Shown in pieces: positions 40,180 through 53,113 of a DNA stretch of 64,000 nt. This DNA comes from Camelus ferus (lineage: Eukaryota). The number at the start of each line of letters is the position of its first letter. The stretch's first letter is position 1. The notes under the pieces were generated by a model. The model worked only from the letters and a program-made list of their open reading frames with translations, searched no databases and was not told the origin of the DNA. Location: positions 86,988,001 through 87,052,000 of the forward strand of contig NC_045696.1 of assembly GCF_009834535.1 (NCBI RefSeq), read 5' to 3'. The translations under genes were made by a program, and so were the position numbers.

Positions 40180-41950
40180 ACATGGTAACATGATCTGTGA
40201 CAAAGAAGGCACCACAATGTAGCGGATAAGAACATTTTTTTCAAAAAATTGTGCAGAATCAACTTAACCATATAGAAAATAAAACATATTTTTGCCCCTC
40301 CCTTATTCTGTAAACAAAAATAAATTCCAGGTGGATTGCAGCCCTAGATGTAAAAACTAAATATTAAATACTTTGGAATAAACCATAGGATATATATATT
40401 CATGGCTTTAAATAGTGAAGACTTCTTAAACATGATGTAAATAGGGCATAGGGCATAGAATATGCCTTTTAAGAAACTGCTATATTCCAGGAATAAAAGC
40501 AAACTTGAAATAGACCTATTCCCAAAATAGTCAAGCCTTAGAAAGATCAGTCAATCACTAGTGCTCTACTTGTTTGGAGAAGAAGTTTTAGCTGTAGCAG
40601 AGGGAGAAAATCTTACTTATATTCCCTGCAGTTTTTCATCCATAATCTCTAGTATCCTGAAAAAAAATTAAGTGGCATAAGAAGAAATGGGACACAATGA
40701 CCCAAACCGAAAGATAAACCAATAAATAGAAATGGAACCACAAGAGATCTAGATATTGGAATTTTCACATAAGACTTTAAAAAAATTATTATTGATATTT
40801 TATGAAAAGTAGAGGAAAATGGACAGTAGAGACAAAATGAAAATTTCAACATAGAACGTGAATCTACACAGAAAAAATCAAATACATATTTTAGAACAGG
40901 AAAAAAAAATGCCTGAAGCTAAACTATCGGCAGTTAAGTGTAACAGCCAAACACACTGTTTAAAGCAGGACACAAGGAGAGCACTATGACAGAGGGAAAC
41001 AGGAAGAAAAAAAATCAGAGGATTAAAAGTATGCAGATTTCTGGCAAAAGTTAGAAAATATATTACCTCAATTTCCTTTCCATAAGAAAACTAGAGAAAT
41101 GGAAATGGACAGAAGCAACATTTGAAGAAGCAATGACTGAGTGTTTTCCAAAATAAATAAAAATATCAGTAATAAAAAAATTATCTTATAAAATAAGTGA
41201 AATTAAACATTTAAGGTCAAACCTGAGGTGGTTTACTATCATGACAGAAGCTTTCAAAAACTCTTCTAAAGAAGAAGAGAAATAAACAACAGCAACAAAA
41301 TCACATCAATTTTCAATTGCAAGAAACAGAAACAGGTAATATAAAAATGCAGAAAATGTGTAAATAAATGTAAATGATAGCGCAAATAGATCAGTAATCA
41401 CCATAAATATAAATGGATTAAAGTCACTTTTTGAAAGTGAAAGATTTTCATATTGTATTTTTATCTATATTCTTATCTATTTAATCTTATTTTTAAGACA
41501 ATATAGTTTTTAGGAAAAAAACCTGGAGCATAATAGTATCAATAGATGTTGAAAGTAAAGAAATATTAAAAGTTATATCAGGCAAATACTAACCACAATA
41601 TATATTTATCTATATTCATCAAATAAATAATATACTTTAAGAAAACCACTATAAAGAAAGAGACACTTTGTAATGATGAAAGGTTAATTCATCAAGACAT
41701 TCAAATATAAATTTAACAAAAAAGCCTTAAAGGGAATACAGAAAAATTAATTTAACCATGTATTCCAACACAGTGGAAATTTCAGTATATTCACCCAATT
41801 ATTAATCGGTCAACACTGTTAATAAGCTTGAACTATTTGGCATATATCCTTTATTCATCAACTGGTTTAACTGTCCTTTCAATGCACCTACTGAATGTTT
41901 AGAAATAGTAAACATGTTTTCAGCAGTAAGGGAAGCCTCAAAAAAGGTCA
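40180..41950 (+). mobile_element. Degraded old L1M fragments
   Basis: 'aacaaaaataaattccaggtggattg' (ORF2), ORF1-like 'gcaacatttgaagaagcaatgactgag', and endonuclease-start-like 'aaatataaatggattaaa'. Confidence 0.6.
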
Positions 41951-41959
41951 AACATTTAT

Positions 41960-44900
41960 TATCTCATATTAATGGCCTATGTTAGCTATGATTTTTCCAC
42001 ATATTCAAAAATCTGCTTCTGAGCGCCATATTACAGTCCAGTCATCTATTCTCCTACAGTTACATCAATGCTACAGTATTTTAATTTTTAGTTTATAATA
42101 AGCCTGGTAGGTGCAATTTTCCCCTTCCTACTCTTCAGAATTGCTTTAGTTATTTGGAGCCCCTTGCTGTTTCCAATAAATATTAGCTACACTTTGACTG
42201 CCACCACAAAAAATATAATGGAATTATAATTAGAATGGCATGGTATTTGAGATAATTAAAGGAATGTACATATTGTTATGAACATTGTATATTTTTATAT
42301 TTACTCAGTCATTTTATATCTTTCAGTAATTTTTTTCCTTGAAATGGTTTTTGCTGAGCTTTGTTGGATTTATTCTTAGGAACTTAAATGTATTTCATTG
42401 CCATTTCAAAAGGGATAATCTTTTTCATAATATCATTTTTTTTTCCTTACAGTTGCTGCTGGCACATAGCTCCAGAAAACTCTGACTTCTTATGCTGATT
42501 TGATTTAAATAAGCAAACTTACTAAATCTCTCATTAGTTCTGAGCTTGTAATTTCTCTTGGATATCATATGCAAAAATTATATGAGCTACAAAAAAAACA
42601 ACTTTATTTTCTTCTTTTATAATTTTTTTAAAATTTTTATTCTACACACTGTACACTTCACACTCAAGACTCATTTTGTAACTGGAGGTTTGTACCTCTT
42701 ACTTTCCCTTCTTTTACAACCCTATAGAAAGACAAATGTTGATAGAAATTTACTTTGCTGTTTCTGACTTCAATAGAAATATTATAAAATCACTATTATT
42801 AAGGTTGCTGTTTGGTTTAGGTTTTGTGTACTCTGTCAGGTTAACAATATTTCTCCCTAGTATTAGTGCTTTAAGAGAGACTTTGTAAATGAGTGTTAAG
42901 TTTCAGTGAAAGTTTTTACATGTATTAAGGAAAAAATTGTGGGTTGTTAAATAATATTTAAAATACTTTAAAATGGTTAGAACATAGTCCATCTCTTAGG
43001 AAGTCCTAATGGGCAATGATGTATTTTAATACACCAATGAATTTGATTAATAGTGTTTTATTAATGATTTTTACATAAAAATAGTGTTCATTTCGTAAAA
43101 TTGTTTGGAGAAATTACTTTCACTTTTTAAATGTAATAGTTTATGTAAATATTTGGTTATCTATTTCTTTTTTTAAACTTGAAAAAGTCTGTTTTTATAG
43201 AGGATTCTGGTCAAATACTTCAATATTATTAGTGCTTACTCCTCTTTTTGGATTTTCTATTTCCTATTGAGTGACCTTGGTTATTTGCATTTTTCAAAAA
43301 ATATACATTTCATGGATATTTTCAAACATTTGGGCACAAAGCTTTTCATTCTCTATATTACCTGTATCTTTGTACCACTTTTAATTATTAATATTCATAT
43401 GTGTGTGACTGTGTGTGTAGGGGTATGAGTATGTGAGTGTGCGCATACACAAACCTTTGTTCTTGATTTAGACATCGGCATTTTGGAAATTTTGAAAATT
43501 ATTTTCCCTTAAGCACTAGTTCTTTGTTGTGTTGATTCTCCTTAGGATTTTTAAAAATTTTATTATATGAGGTCTTTAATACTTTTTTTCCCTTTTACTT
43601 TCCTTGGATAACGCTGGTGATTTTTTTTCACCTCCAAAAGGAAGTTTAGGTAGCTTTTTAAAAATAAATACTTTTGAAATCCAAAAATTTAAGATAATTT
43701 TCATCTAAATTTATTAAATACCACTGTGCAGGTTTTCCTTTATATTGTTTTATTGTTATTTCCAATGTTTAATGATGTCCATTGTCATTTCTCTTTGTCT
43801 AATAGATTACATGTTTAAAAATGTGTGTGTTTGTTTTTTAATTTCCAAATATATTGGGTTTAAAAGTTTAGCATTTATTTCAGTATTATATTCTGGTAAG
43901 AGTATTTCATTTGGATGATATAAATTTGTTGATACTCTTATTACCTGCCTTAAGGCATATCATGAGGTCATTTTTTAAATGTTCAACCTATGCCATAGCA
44001 AAGTATTTTTATTTAAGGGTTGATAAGTCTTTAAATCTCTTAGCTCAAGCATCTCTTAAACGTTGTTCAAATCATCTATAATTGTACAGTTGTTTTGTCT
44101 GCTTTATGTAGTAATTTCAATGACAATTATTTTGCAATTTTTATAATACACGTGTATAATTTATTACTTATTATTTCTTGAAATTATGAAATTAGGTATG
44201 CTCAAATTCAGAATTATTTGCCTCTATGCTTTTCCTTTTTAATATCAAATATCAACATCTTTATTTTTTAATGTTTTACTAAAAGTATATTTTGTTTTAT
44301 ATTCATACTGTTTTCTAGCTTTGTTTGTTTAATTCTTACATAGGACATATTTAATTCTTCTTACTTTTAATTAATTTTAATCCTTAATTTTTGGTAAGTC
44401 TATTGTTAACAGCATAAAAGTGGATTTTGTTAATAGTTTAGATCCATTCTAATATCTAGCTGTCTCTTTTTACAAGAATGTAGAAGTAGTTACATTAATT
44501 ATGATTAATTTTTATTTGATACTTAATTATTTTATTTTGCTACTTTTTATCTTTTTTTTATTTTTTCAAATTTCCTGAATTTATCTGATCCATGTTCTAG
44601 TTCTTTTATTTTCCACATCCTCTTCTATTCTAATAGTTTATAAAATTAGATATTCTTCTTTTGTTCTTTTAATTTTTGTCCATGTATTTCTAATGTGCTT
44701 ACCTTACATAACTGTGCAAAAAATTATATATGTCATTTTCCTGAAATATACTGAGGCTTCTTCATACGCTTATTTGAAATGTATACATTATTTGCTTGTC
44801 TATTCAAATCTAATGCTTATTTTTTCTATTTTTTATTATTTTTATTAGTCTTGAGAATTTTAAAAAAATAAATCATAGATATAAGCCCTTCCACAAATAA

Positions 44901-45230
44901 TCTGCTTTGCAAATAATTTCCCCTAGTATGTGGTTTGTGTTTTTTCATTCTATGATGACTTCTCAAAAGTAAGTTTTTAATTTTGATACATTTCAATTAT
45001 ATGATTTCTGAATTGGTTATGCTTTTAAAAAATCAGTCTATTGATATATGATCACAAATAAAAATTGTATATATTTAAGGCATACAACTTAATGTTTTGA
45101 TATATGTATACCTTATGAAGAGATCACCACAAAAGTTATTGTGCTGTTTCATACAGTATCTAAAAATTGTTTGCTCAACCAAAGGTTACAAAGATTTTCT
45201 CCTATACTGTCTTCTAGATTTTTATGTTAT
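41960..45230 (-). mobile_element. Degraded old L1M fragments (antisense), with a short L1MA 3' end at about 45035-45135
   Basis: T-rich plus strand with antisense ORF2 phrases ('ttgttggatttattcttagg', 'tttgcaaataatttcccctagtatgtgg'). 'aaaattgtatatatttaaggcatacaac' marks the nested terminus. Confidence 0.65.
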
Positions 45231-47049
45231 ACAGCTATGCCTTGTCAAGAGTTTGAAGAGTCAAAGATACTATACTGCTTGGAAGCTAACAAATTATCAT
45301 GTGCAGATTCATTTTGATATCAGAAAAAGAGAAGAAAGAATGCGTCAACCCTTATTTTGAACTTTCATTCTTTTTCTGACTTCAGAAATACAGTTCATTC
45401 TACACATCAAATGTTTAAAGTGATTTGAGTTTTAGTGATAATGAAATGTTAAAATATTTTTCATGGGAGAAAGACAAGGTTGTCATTTTCAAAACTGAAA
45501 GAAGGAATAATTCACAAATCTTGTCCTTGGATCTCAGGTTTACTGACAAGAGCAATACATGATCTGGAGCACTAAACCTAGGTACAAAACCAGAGCAGAA
45601 GCCACACATCATTTTAACCAAAGCTTTGGGAGTACTGACTTTCGAAACCTTATATTGACCAGAAACATGCCTGGTGTAAGGCCACGTTTTAATTCTTATA
45701 TATTAGCTATATGGGAGTATGATGTGGGTATTAGAGGTAGTAGGGATTAGTTAAGTCATTATAGAAAGTCGAACATCAAATATACGGAAAACATACCCGT
45801 CAATGAAATATACCTGACAGTGAAATTGGGTATATCTACTTTAAAAATTCTTAATAAATATTATTAACTCTGACTTGATACACACATACACATACACACA
45901 TATAATTTAATAAAATATAGAGATGATAATAGAGAATCAGTTTATCCTAATTTTAAAATACAGCAACTTAAGCCTTTTGTTAATTGTGATATGCACACAT
46001 ATTATTTTAAATAATACAGTCCTCCAGTGTGCTTAGAAGTCTGCTTATTTTCCTTTTGAATGTAACAGTTGTAGGCACAGTAACTGAAAAATAACCTGAA
46101 ATAAGCATGTTTTATAGTTACAGGGGCCTAATTTTACATATATGACATGACACATTTCAGGTTAAGCTGCATTCTAATGGGCCTTAATGGATCTTTGGTT
46201 CTATGTCCTTTAATTCAAAAAGAGGTAAATAATACAGTCTCTTTTTAATTCTTCCAGGGAAAATCATGCTTAACTAAATCTAAACATGTTTCATCATATA
46301 GATTTGGGCCGCTGCAACACTGAAGTTTTTAAGGAACCAGAATGTAACATCAAACCAAGAATACTCTGTTATTATAGTAATGTATGTGTTATCTTGTCAA
46401 ATATACCACAGTGTGAAAGTGGAAACATATATTAATACTTGAGAATGACAGACCCTTCAAGCAACTTTGCCCTCACCTAAAGTATCAAAATAAAATTTAT
46501 ATACTGAAGATGTATTATCTCCTATTTTAACTTGCAAATATTATTTTCTACTTTAGTGATAATTTGTTGGGTGGACTACCATTGAGGTTTGCATAACATA
46601 ACCTTACAAAAGAAGGCATCACAAAGTTAGTTCAAATAACATCAACATTTTTCATTTATCCCAATGGAGCTTCCGGGTTTTACAAATATATCCATTTTTA
46701 TAACTTAATTATGGTAAAATATACTCAAGATGCTGTTAACAGTACAACTCTCTTGACCTCCTTGGTGAGATGATAAAAACACTGATTTGTATCTATTATT
46801 TTGCTTTCTAAGTATTCTATAGCTTGCACAATAGGACACTAACTACACTGTTCATAATTTAGTATTACAATCATATACAATTTTAGATAATGCCAGATCA
46901 CTAAATCCCACTGCATTAAACTTTCTCTCTGTGAGTCCCTATAGGTAAATCATAATTCATTCCCTTTAGAATTCTTCAGGCATAGCTTTCTCTATAGAGA
47001 AATATTCTTTTGTGAATAGCTTCTGGCTTGCCAATGAGCTCTAGTAAAG

Positions 47050-47578
47050 ACTGAATTCTTGACTGGCAAGCTATCTTGTGATCAGAAATACCAAAAATGT
47101 ATTAGGTGTTGCCTGTTCCACCAAGTCATAAAGATAGGTATGCACAGTAGCAATCCATTATCAAATGGAAGGAATATATACAAAATGGGCCCTAAATAAG
47201 ACCTGAACACTCCAGTAAGTTGCACAAGGAAGTGGTTCCCAATGCCATGACCTCTACTGATGTTAGATTGCTTCTTTTCTCTCAACCCTGACTTACGGCC
47301 TCCTTTGGATTCTCCTATGACAAGTTAACTGAGAAAGAATGTCATTTGGGTCTTGTTCACACATGGTTCTATTACAACTCTTCTCCTAGATGGCATTAAA
47401 GGACAATAGTAAAAGGAAATTTTCCCAGTAGGAAGAACTTTAGTTTACCTGATCATTAATTTTCCCAGGACAGAAAGATGGTAAAGATCCACAATGTTTC
47501 ATGGGCAGCAGACTGGATTTTGCTGGATGATAACAACTGAAAGGAAGATGACTAGAAAATTGGTGATGAGAAGGTATA
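47050..47578 (+). mobile_element. ERV-L (HERV-L/HERV16-like) pol relic, tether/RNase H region
   Basis: Hand translation from about 47117 gives PPSHKDRYAQ*QSIIKWKEYIQ...SKLHKEV, followed by YDKLTEKE, FTHGS, FSQ*EEL and KIGDEK. These correspond to the recalled ERV-L pol motifs SHKVGHAQQHSIIKWKWYI, YDQLTEEE, WFTDGS, SSQWAEL and WKIGDKE. Confidence 0.85.
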
Positions 47579-47924
47579 CTTGTATCTCATATAAATGCAT
47601 ATATACATGCATATATCTATCTATCCATCTATGTATTTATATATGACTTGCATATATGGAGACATACCTATACCCATTATGCCCTTTAATCCTTTACAGA
47701 AAGGAAACAAAGTGAGCTTTACCATTTTCCCAACTTTCATGCCTGTGAACATTTTCAGGAATGAACCAGCACATGATAAGGACAAAGGTCAGAGCTCAAG
47801 CAAGCTAAGGTACTAGAATTTGTTAATAAAACTACATGAAAGGAAGCAGCTCTGGAGATAGAGCTCCAGAAATCTGCACAGGAATCTCCTCGAATCTTTG
47901 GCAGAAATTGTTGTAGCTGTAGGA

Positions 47925-48190
47925 GAATACATTTGGGTCACCCTATCAAGCAAGGAACCAAGACCAGCCAAGGTACTGTTAAAGACAAAGAGAATATGAA
48001 GAGGGTAACAGAAGAAGGGAGTTATAAATACTAGCTACAACAATGTGACAAATTGCAGAAATAATAATGTAAGAGTTTGGTATGTTTTCCCGATTTAGAT
48101 ACAAATGTACTTGTGTATATATATTTGATTGTAATACTCATTTTATGCTTCTCTATCACACTCCTTCCAATAACAGAAATACACTAAAAG
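47925..48190 (+). mobile_element. ERV-L integrase C-terminal relic
   Basis: 'atttgggtcaccctatcaagcaaggaaccaagaccagccaaggta...gaagaagggagttataaatactagcta' reads WVTLSSKEPRPAKV...EEGSYKY*L, matching the ERV-L pol end. Confidence 0.8.
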
Positions 48191-50599
48191 ATATTAGCTT
48201 CAAGCAACTTAAAGCAATATCCTAAACCTACAGGAAGCTTAGAATCGTGAAACTTTTCATGCTAATCTGAGGTGTGTTACGTAGGAATTTCACTGATACA
48301 TGGTTCCCACAAATTTTTTAAAATTAACTTTTTTAATCAAAAAAATTAAATACTAATTTATCTGTATTACTAACGCACTTTTGTTATCAGTAGTCTCATA
48401 CTCGGTGTTTTGTTTAAAGTTTCAATTACAAATTAAGTGTTTTAGTCTGTGGCAGCTAAAGAAATCAGGAGTCACAAAGGTAGGGTTCTTTGGGAAGTAG
48501 GACATGTAAAATAGGAAACAGTCTCCTTGGAAAGGAAAATGATAAAAATATTTTTCCTTGAGTTCTGAATAGGATATATTCACCCTGATTTCCTTTGTTT
48601 TGTAATGGTGTTTTTAATCGAGTTTTCAGAATATAGTGTGGTTTTTTAAAATAGTTTTAGCTTTATGAGAAACTGATAAGTATATTGCAAAGCACAATAC
48701 ATTTTCCTCGTGAAATACCATGCTTATGATAATTTATAGTTCTAATATATATTTATGTTTTATTTCAGTAACTCTCTGATGCTATTTTATAAATAACCTA
48801 GTTCAAATATAAATATTAAGAAAGAACACTTAAAACTCTCCATTTTTGCTTACCTTGAAATCTATCACTTCTTGCCATTTAGATGAGGGATTTTGTGCAT
48901 CTTAGTAAAATTATGAAACCCTTAATTTGACCTCTTGGGGACTAATGCCTTATTAAATACAACGCCCAAGTATGAAATCGTTGGGTTGACTTTTTCTTTG
49001 CAGAAAGATTTTGTCCAAGGCATAATTTCTCAGGATATGCAAGTCACAGCAATTTTTTTTTTTTAGTTAAATAAACCAGCAAAGCTACGGTAAAAGAAAT
49101 TCACAATTATAATGTTCTATTTTCTGCTACTTTCTGAGTTAGAACATTTCATACCACTGGACAGTGTACATAATTATGTTAAGTGTGAAAAATTAATTAA
49201 CTCTTATTTTTAGAAAACCAGTTGAATGTAAAGGGTATTCATTGCTAGACCCAGGTTTTTTTTTAACTATATTCATCATAGTTATTTAAACTATATTCAT
49301 CCCCAATGACTACTTAATTGATAATTATTTCTGAGGAAGATGAAAGTAGGGAAATAAAGGGAAATTATCCGCCAATAGATAACTTCACATGTTATGAAGA
49401 AGTTGATTTAATCTCAGTGACAATTTTTCTGAGAATGGGGATCAAGTCATTTCTACTACAAGGTAGGTGCTATGGAGTGAGTGACTGACAGCTTGGCAGA
49501 TAATTAACAAGACAACTCAGCTACAGCATTTTGAATACTGAAAAACTAAGACCTTTGGGAACTCTGCTGTTGGAGGTCACATGTTCATCTAGGAAGACTT
49601 TGAAAATTGCTGGCACAAGAAATTTCTCTACATCTGTCCAAATCCTTATGTGTTTGGACCCAAACAGCATTTCCAGTGATGTACTAATCTCTTCCAATAT
49701 TAATGACCATGGATATTTCATGTCACTACTCTTAGTTTTCTTATTCTGTCAAATGACGATGTCTACAATCCTATACTGTTAATGTATAGTTATATTTGTA
49801 AGAGGCATGGTTCTTAAAAGCATAGAAGTTTTATTAATGTTCTTTTTCAGTCACGGTAGTTTTTCTTTCTTAAGCCACTAATCACTTATATCACTCTCAT
49901 CATTTATACACACACACACAGAGACACACATACACAGAGAGAGAGAGAGAAGCTGTAAATACAGCAAGGCAGCAAGGACAGCAATTGTCTCCATATCTTT
50001 ATATTTAAAAACCAAATGTCATTATGCATTAGTCAACTAACATGGAATTCAAGAGAAACTATATCAAATATCACAAGATATCAATTAAATATAGAATTAG
50101 GATTTTAGAAGTTTAGAAAATCGTGGGAAAATAGCCCAGACAATTTAAACTTTATTTTTCTATGTATTGGATTCATTTATAATGGAATTGTCTCTCTGTT
50201 TACCATTGTAGATTAATAAAGGCAATGAGACAGGCATGATAACTTAAATTAATAGGGAAAAAAAACTTAAAGTAATCTCAGTAATTTTATCCTGGAAAAA
50301 TCTATTATGTTTTATGTACATTGTTACATCACATTTCAATTCCTTGTTAATTTTGAGTATATAAACTTCATAAGACAGTTTATCGTCTGTAATTATTTTA
50401 AAGAAGTAATTTCTGAAAAATCTGAAATCAAATCACTGACAATAGCAAATTTTCTAGAACTATATTGAACTCATGTATTTGTTTTTCTCTCAATAAAGAA
50501 AACATATTAATTATGGAGCACAAAAAATATAATTGTGTTTCTTTGAATATATTTTAACAAATCCAATTTTTCCAAAGGAAAATTTTAAAATAAAAAAGG

Positions 50600-51455
50600 A
50601 AGGCCAGGCAATGACTTTTTAGATATAACACGAAAGGCAAAATCCATAGAAGGAAGAATGAATAATTTGGACCTCATTAACATTAAAAACATATGCTCTG
50701 CAAAAGACAATGTCAAGAATATGAAAAGACAAGCCACAGAGTAGTAGAAAATATTTGTAAAATATGTATTTTATAAAAGGACTATTATCTAAAATACACA
50801 AAAAACACTTAAAACTCAGTAATAAGAAAATAAATAGCAATTAAAAATTGAGCCAAAGACCTGAACAGACACCTTGCCAATGAATATGTAAATAGAAAAT
50901 AAGCATACAAAAACATGCTCCACATCCTATGTCATTAGGAAAATGAAAATTAAAACAAGAAGAAGATAACACTACACACCTAGTAGAGTGGACAAAATCC
51001 AGAACACTGACAACACCAAATCCTGGTGAGGGTATGAAGCAACAAGAACTCTCATTCACTGCTGGTGGGAATGTAAAATATAGCACAGCCACTTTGAAAG
51101 GCTGGTGATTTCTTACAAAACTAAATATATACTTAGCATATGATTCAACTGCTATATTCCTTGGTAACTACCCAAAGGAGTTGAATATTTATGTATGTTC
51201 ACACAAAACCTGCACATGGAAGTTTATAGCATCTTTATTTACAACTGCCAAAATTGAAAGCAATCAAGATGTCCTTCAATAGGTGAATGTATAAATTGTG
51301 ATGCATCTAGACAGTGGACTATTATTTAGCACTAAAATGAAATGATCTATCAAACCATGAAAAGATATAGAGAAAACTTAAATGCATTTTACTAAGAGAA
51401 AGAAGCCAATATGAAAAGGTTACATAATGTATGATTCTAACAATATGACATTCTG
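50600..51455 (+). mobile_element. L1MB/L1MC-type 3' ORF2 fragment
   Basis: 'gaaaagacaagccacagag', 'gaactctcattcactgctggtgggaatgtaaaat' and 'gcaatcaagatgtccttcaataggtgaatg'. Confidence 0.88.
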
Positions 51456-52614
51456 TTAAGGATCAATAGACACATTCTTGTTTTTTTATGCACACATATA
51501 TTTTTCTTAAAAAAAAAAACTGAAACAATTTTTAAAGTTAATTTTGAGTACATAGTTGGCCAAAGAAAAGGAAATTGCTAATTTTATTGTCTGTGGTCAT
51601 TAATTATTTAAAAATTACCTCTGCATATGAAGAAATTCTGAATCTAAACATCACTGAGTATTTAAAGATTCTATATAGTTAAATGTATATTGTTTGAAAC
51701 TGCTTATATTAAATCACAATTAGGTACTTGAAAAAATCTCCTAATTAAAAAAGTTATCTCAGGAAAAATAAAAGTGGTAAACAGCTTAAAAATACTGCCA
51801 ATGTATTCAATCTACCACAATTACATATTTAAAAATTTAGGAAAGTAAAACAGTAGAGAAATATACTAGCAAATCAACCATTTTGGTTTCCTCCATTTCT
51901 TCCAAAGTAGTTGTGTTTTATAATTGGTCACTTGAGTTGGTATTTTGTCACACTCAAAGTTATTTAAAAAGACAGAATAATACAAACAACTGTACAATGT
52001 GCTAAGTGAAAATTTCGTAAGATGTATTTTTAGGTTGCAAATCTAGTACTAGAATGATTTGCAATTACTTTCTTCTTGTAATACATATTTTACAGTCAAT
52101 TAACTTTGAGTACATAATAAAACATAATATTTTATTTCAACTTGTGAATGATACCACTGATGCCCTAATATCAAAACTCAAAATTATACCAGAGTCCACA
52201 AAAGTAACAAAAAGGAAATATTTTATCAAATAACACATATGTGAAGTCGTAGAAATTTTAAATATTTATGAAATTCTAAAATGACTTCAAATGCATATTT
52301 TACATTATATATTTATCTTATTATTTTTATACTTTCTAATGTCTATTAATTGTCTACTGCATAGTACACAATAGGAAGCATTATGCAAAGAAATAAAAAA
52401 TTATATATAAACACTTAGGTGTTTGTGAAATTTCAATTCCTTTGAAAACATTTAAATTTAATTTTTAGATAATTACTCTAGTGCTTCCATACCAAAAAAC
52501 AAAAACAAGAAACAAAAAACTCGAAAGCTGTATTAAGACTAAAAGTAGGAAAAGCCTGTACATTATATATTAAAAAAGCAATATTAGTAAAGTGGGCAGA
52601 AATGTTTTAATGCA

Positions 52615-53113
52615 TGTGACAGGCCACCTCAAAATACAGCACCTTGATATATTGAATATTTCAAACTGAAAGAATTTGTGAAACAGCAGGTGAGGCAGAT
52701 TTTTTTGACCTTGCCCTGAAGCAGGTTACAAGGCCATTAGGTGAGAGAGGCCCTCCCTATTCCTGGAGGAAAGAAGTATCCTTACCTACAAACAAGAGAG
52801 CGACAAGAATCTGAACCAATATGAACAGCAAAAAGCCATGCCATTTTCCCTAGATTGCTACACTTAATTTACACTCCTTTAGCTCTATACATTTCTTTCT
52901 TTTCCATGACTTTTCACTCTTCATTAAACCTAGCATAAAAACCTTCTGGTTCAACTGCCTCTTCAGGTCTTCATTTCTTCATGAAGACTCCTGTGTCACA
53001 TAAAACTTAATATGAAATAAATTTGTATGCCTTTCTCTTGTTAATATGTCCTTTGGTACAGACCCCAGCCAAAAGCTACCCAAAACAGTTAATGGATACG
53101 TTTTCTTTTGTGA
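52615..53113 (+). mobile_element. ERV1-class solo LTR (MER34/MER39-like)
   Basis: 'ggccacctcaaaatacagc...aactgaaagaatttg' start and 'aataaatttgtatgcctttctcttgttaat' poly(A) region. Confidence 0.7.

Noticed and set aside
49337..49467. Open frame ending in donor-like 'AAG|gtaggt'
   Set aside because: There is no credible polypyrimidine acceptor and the peptide is unrecognised.
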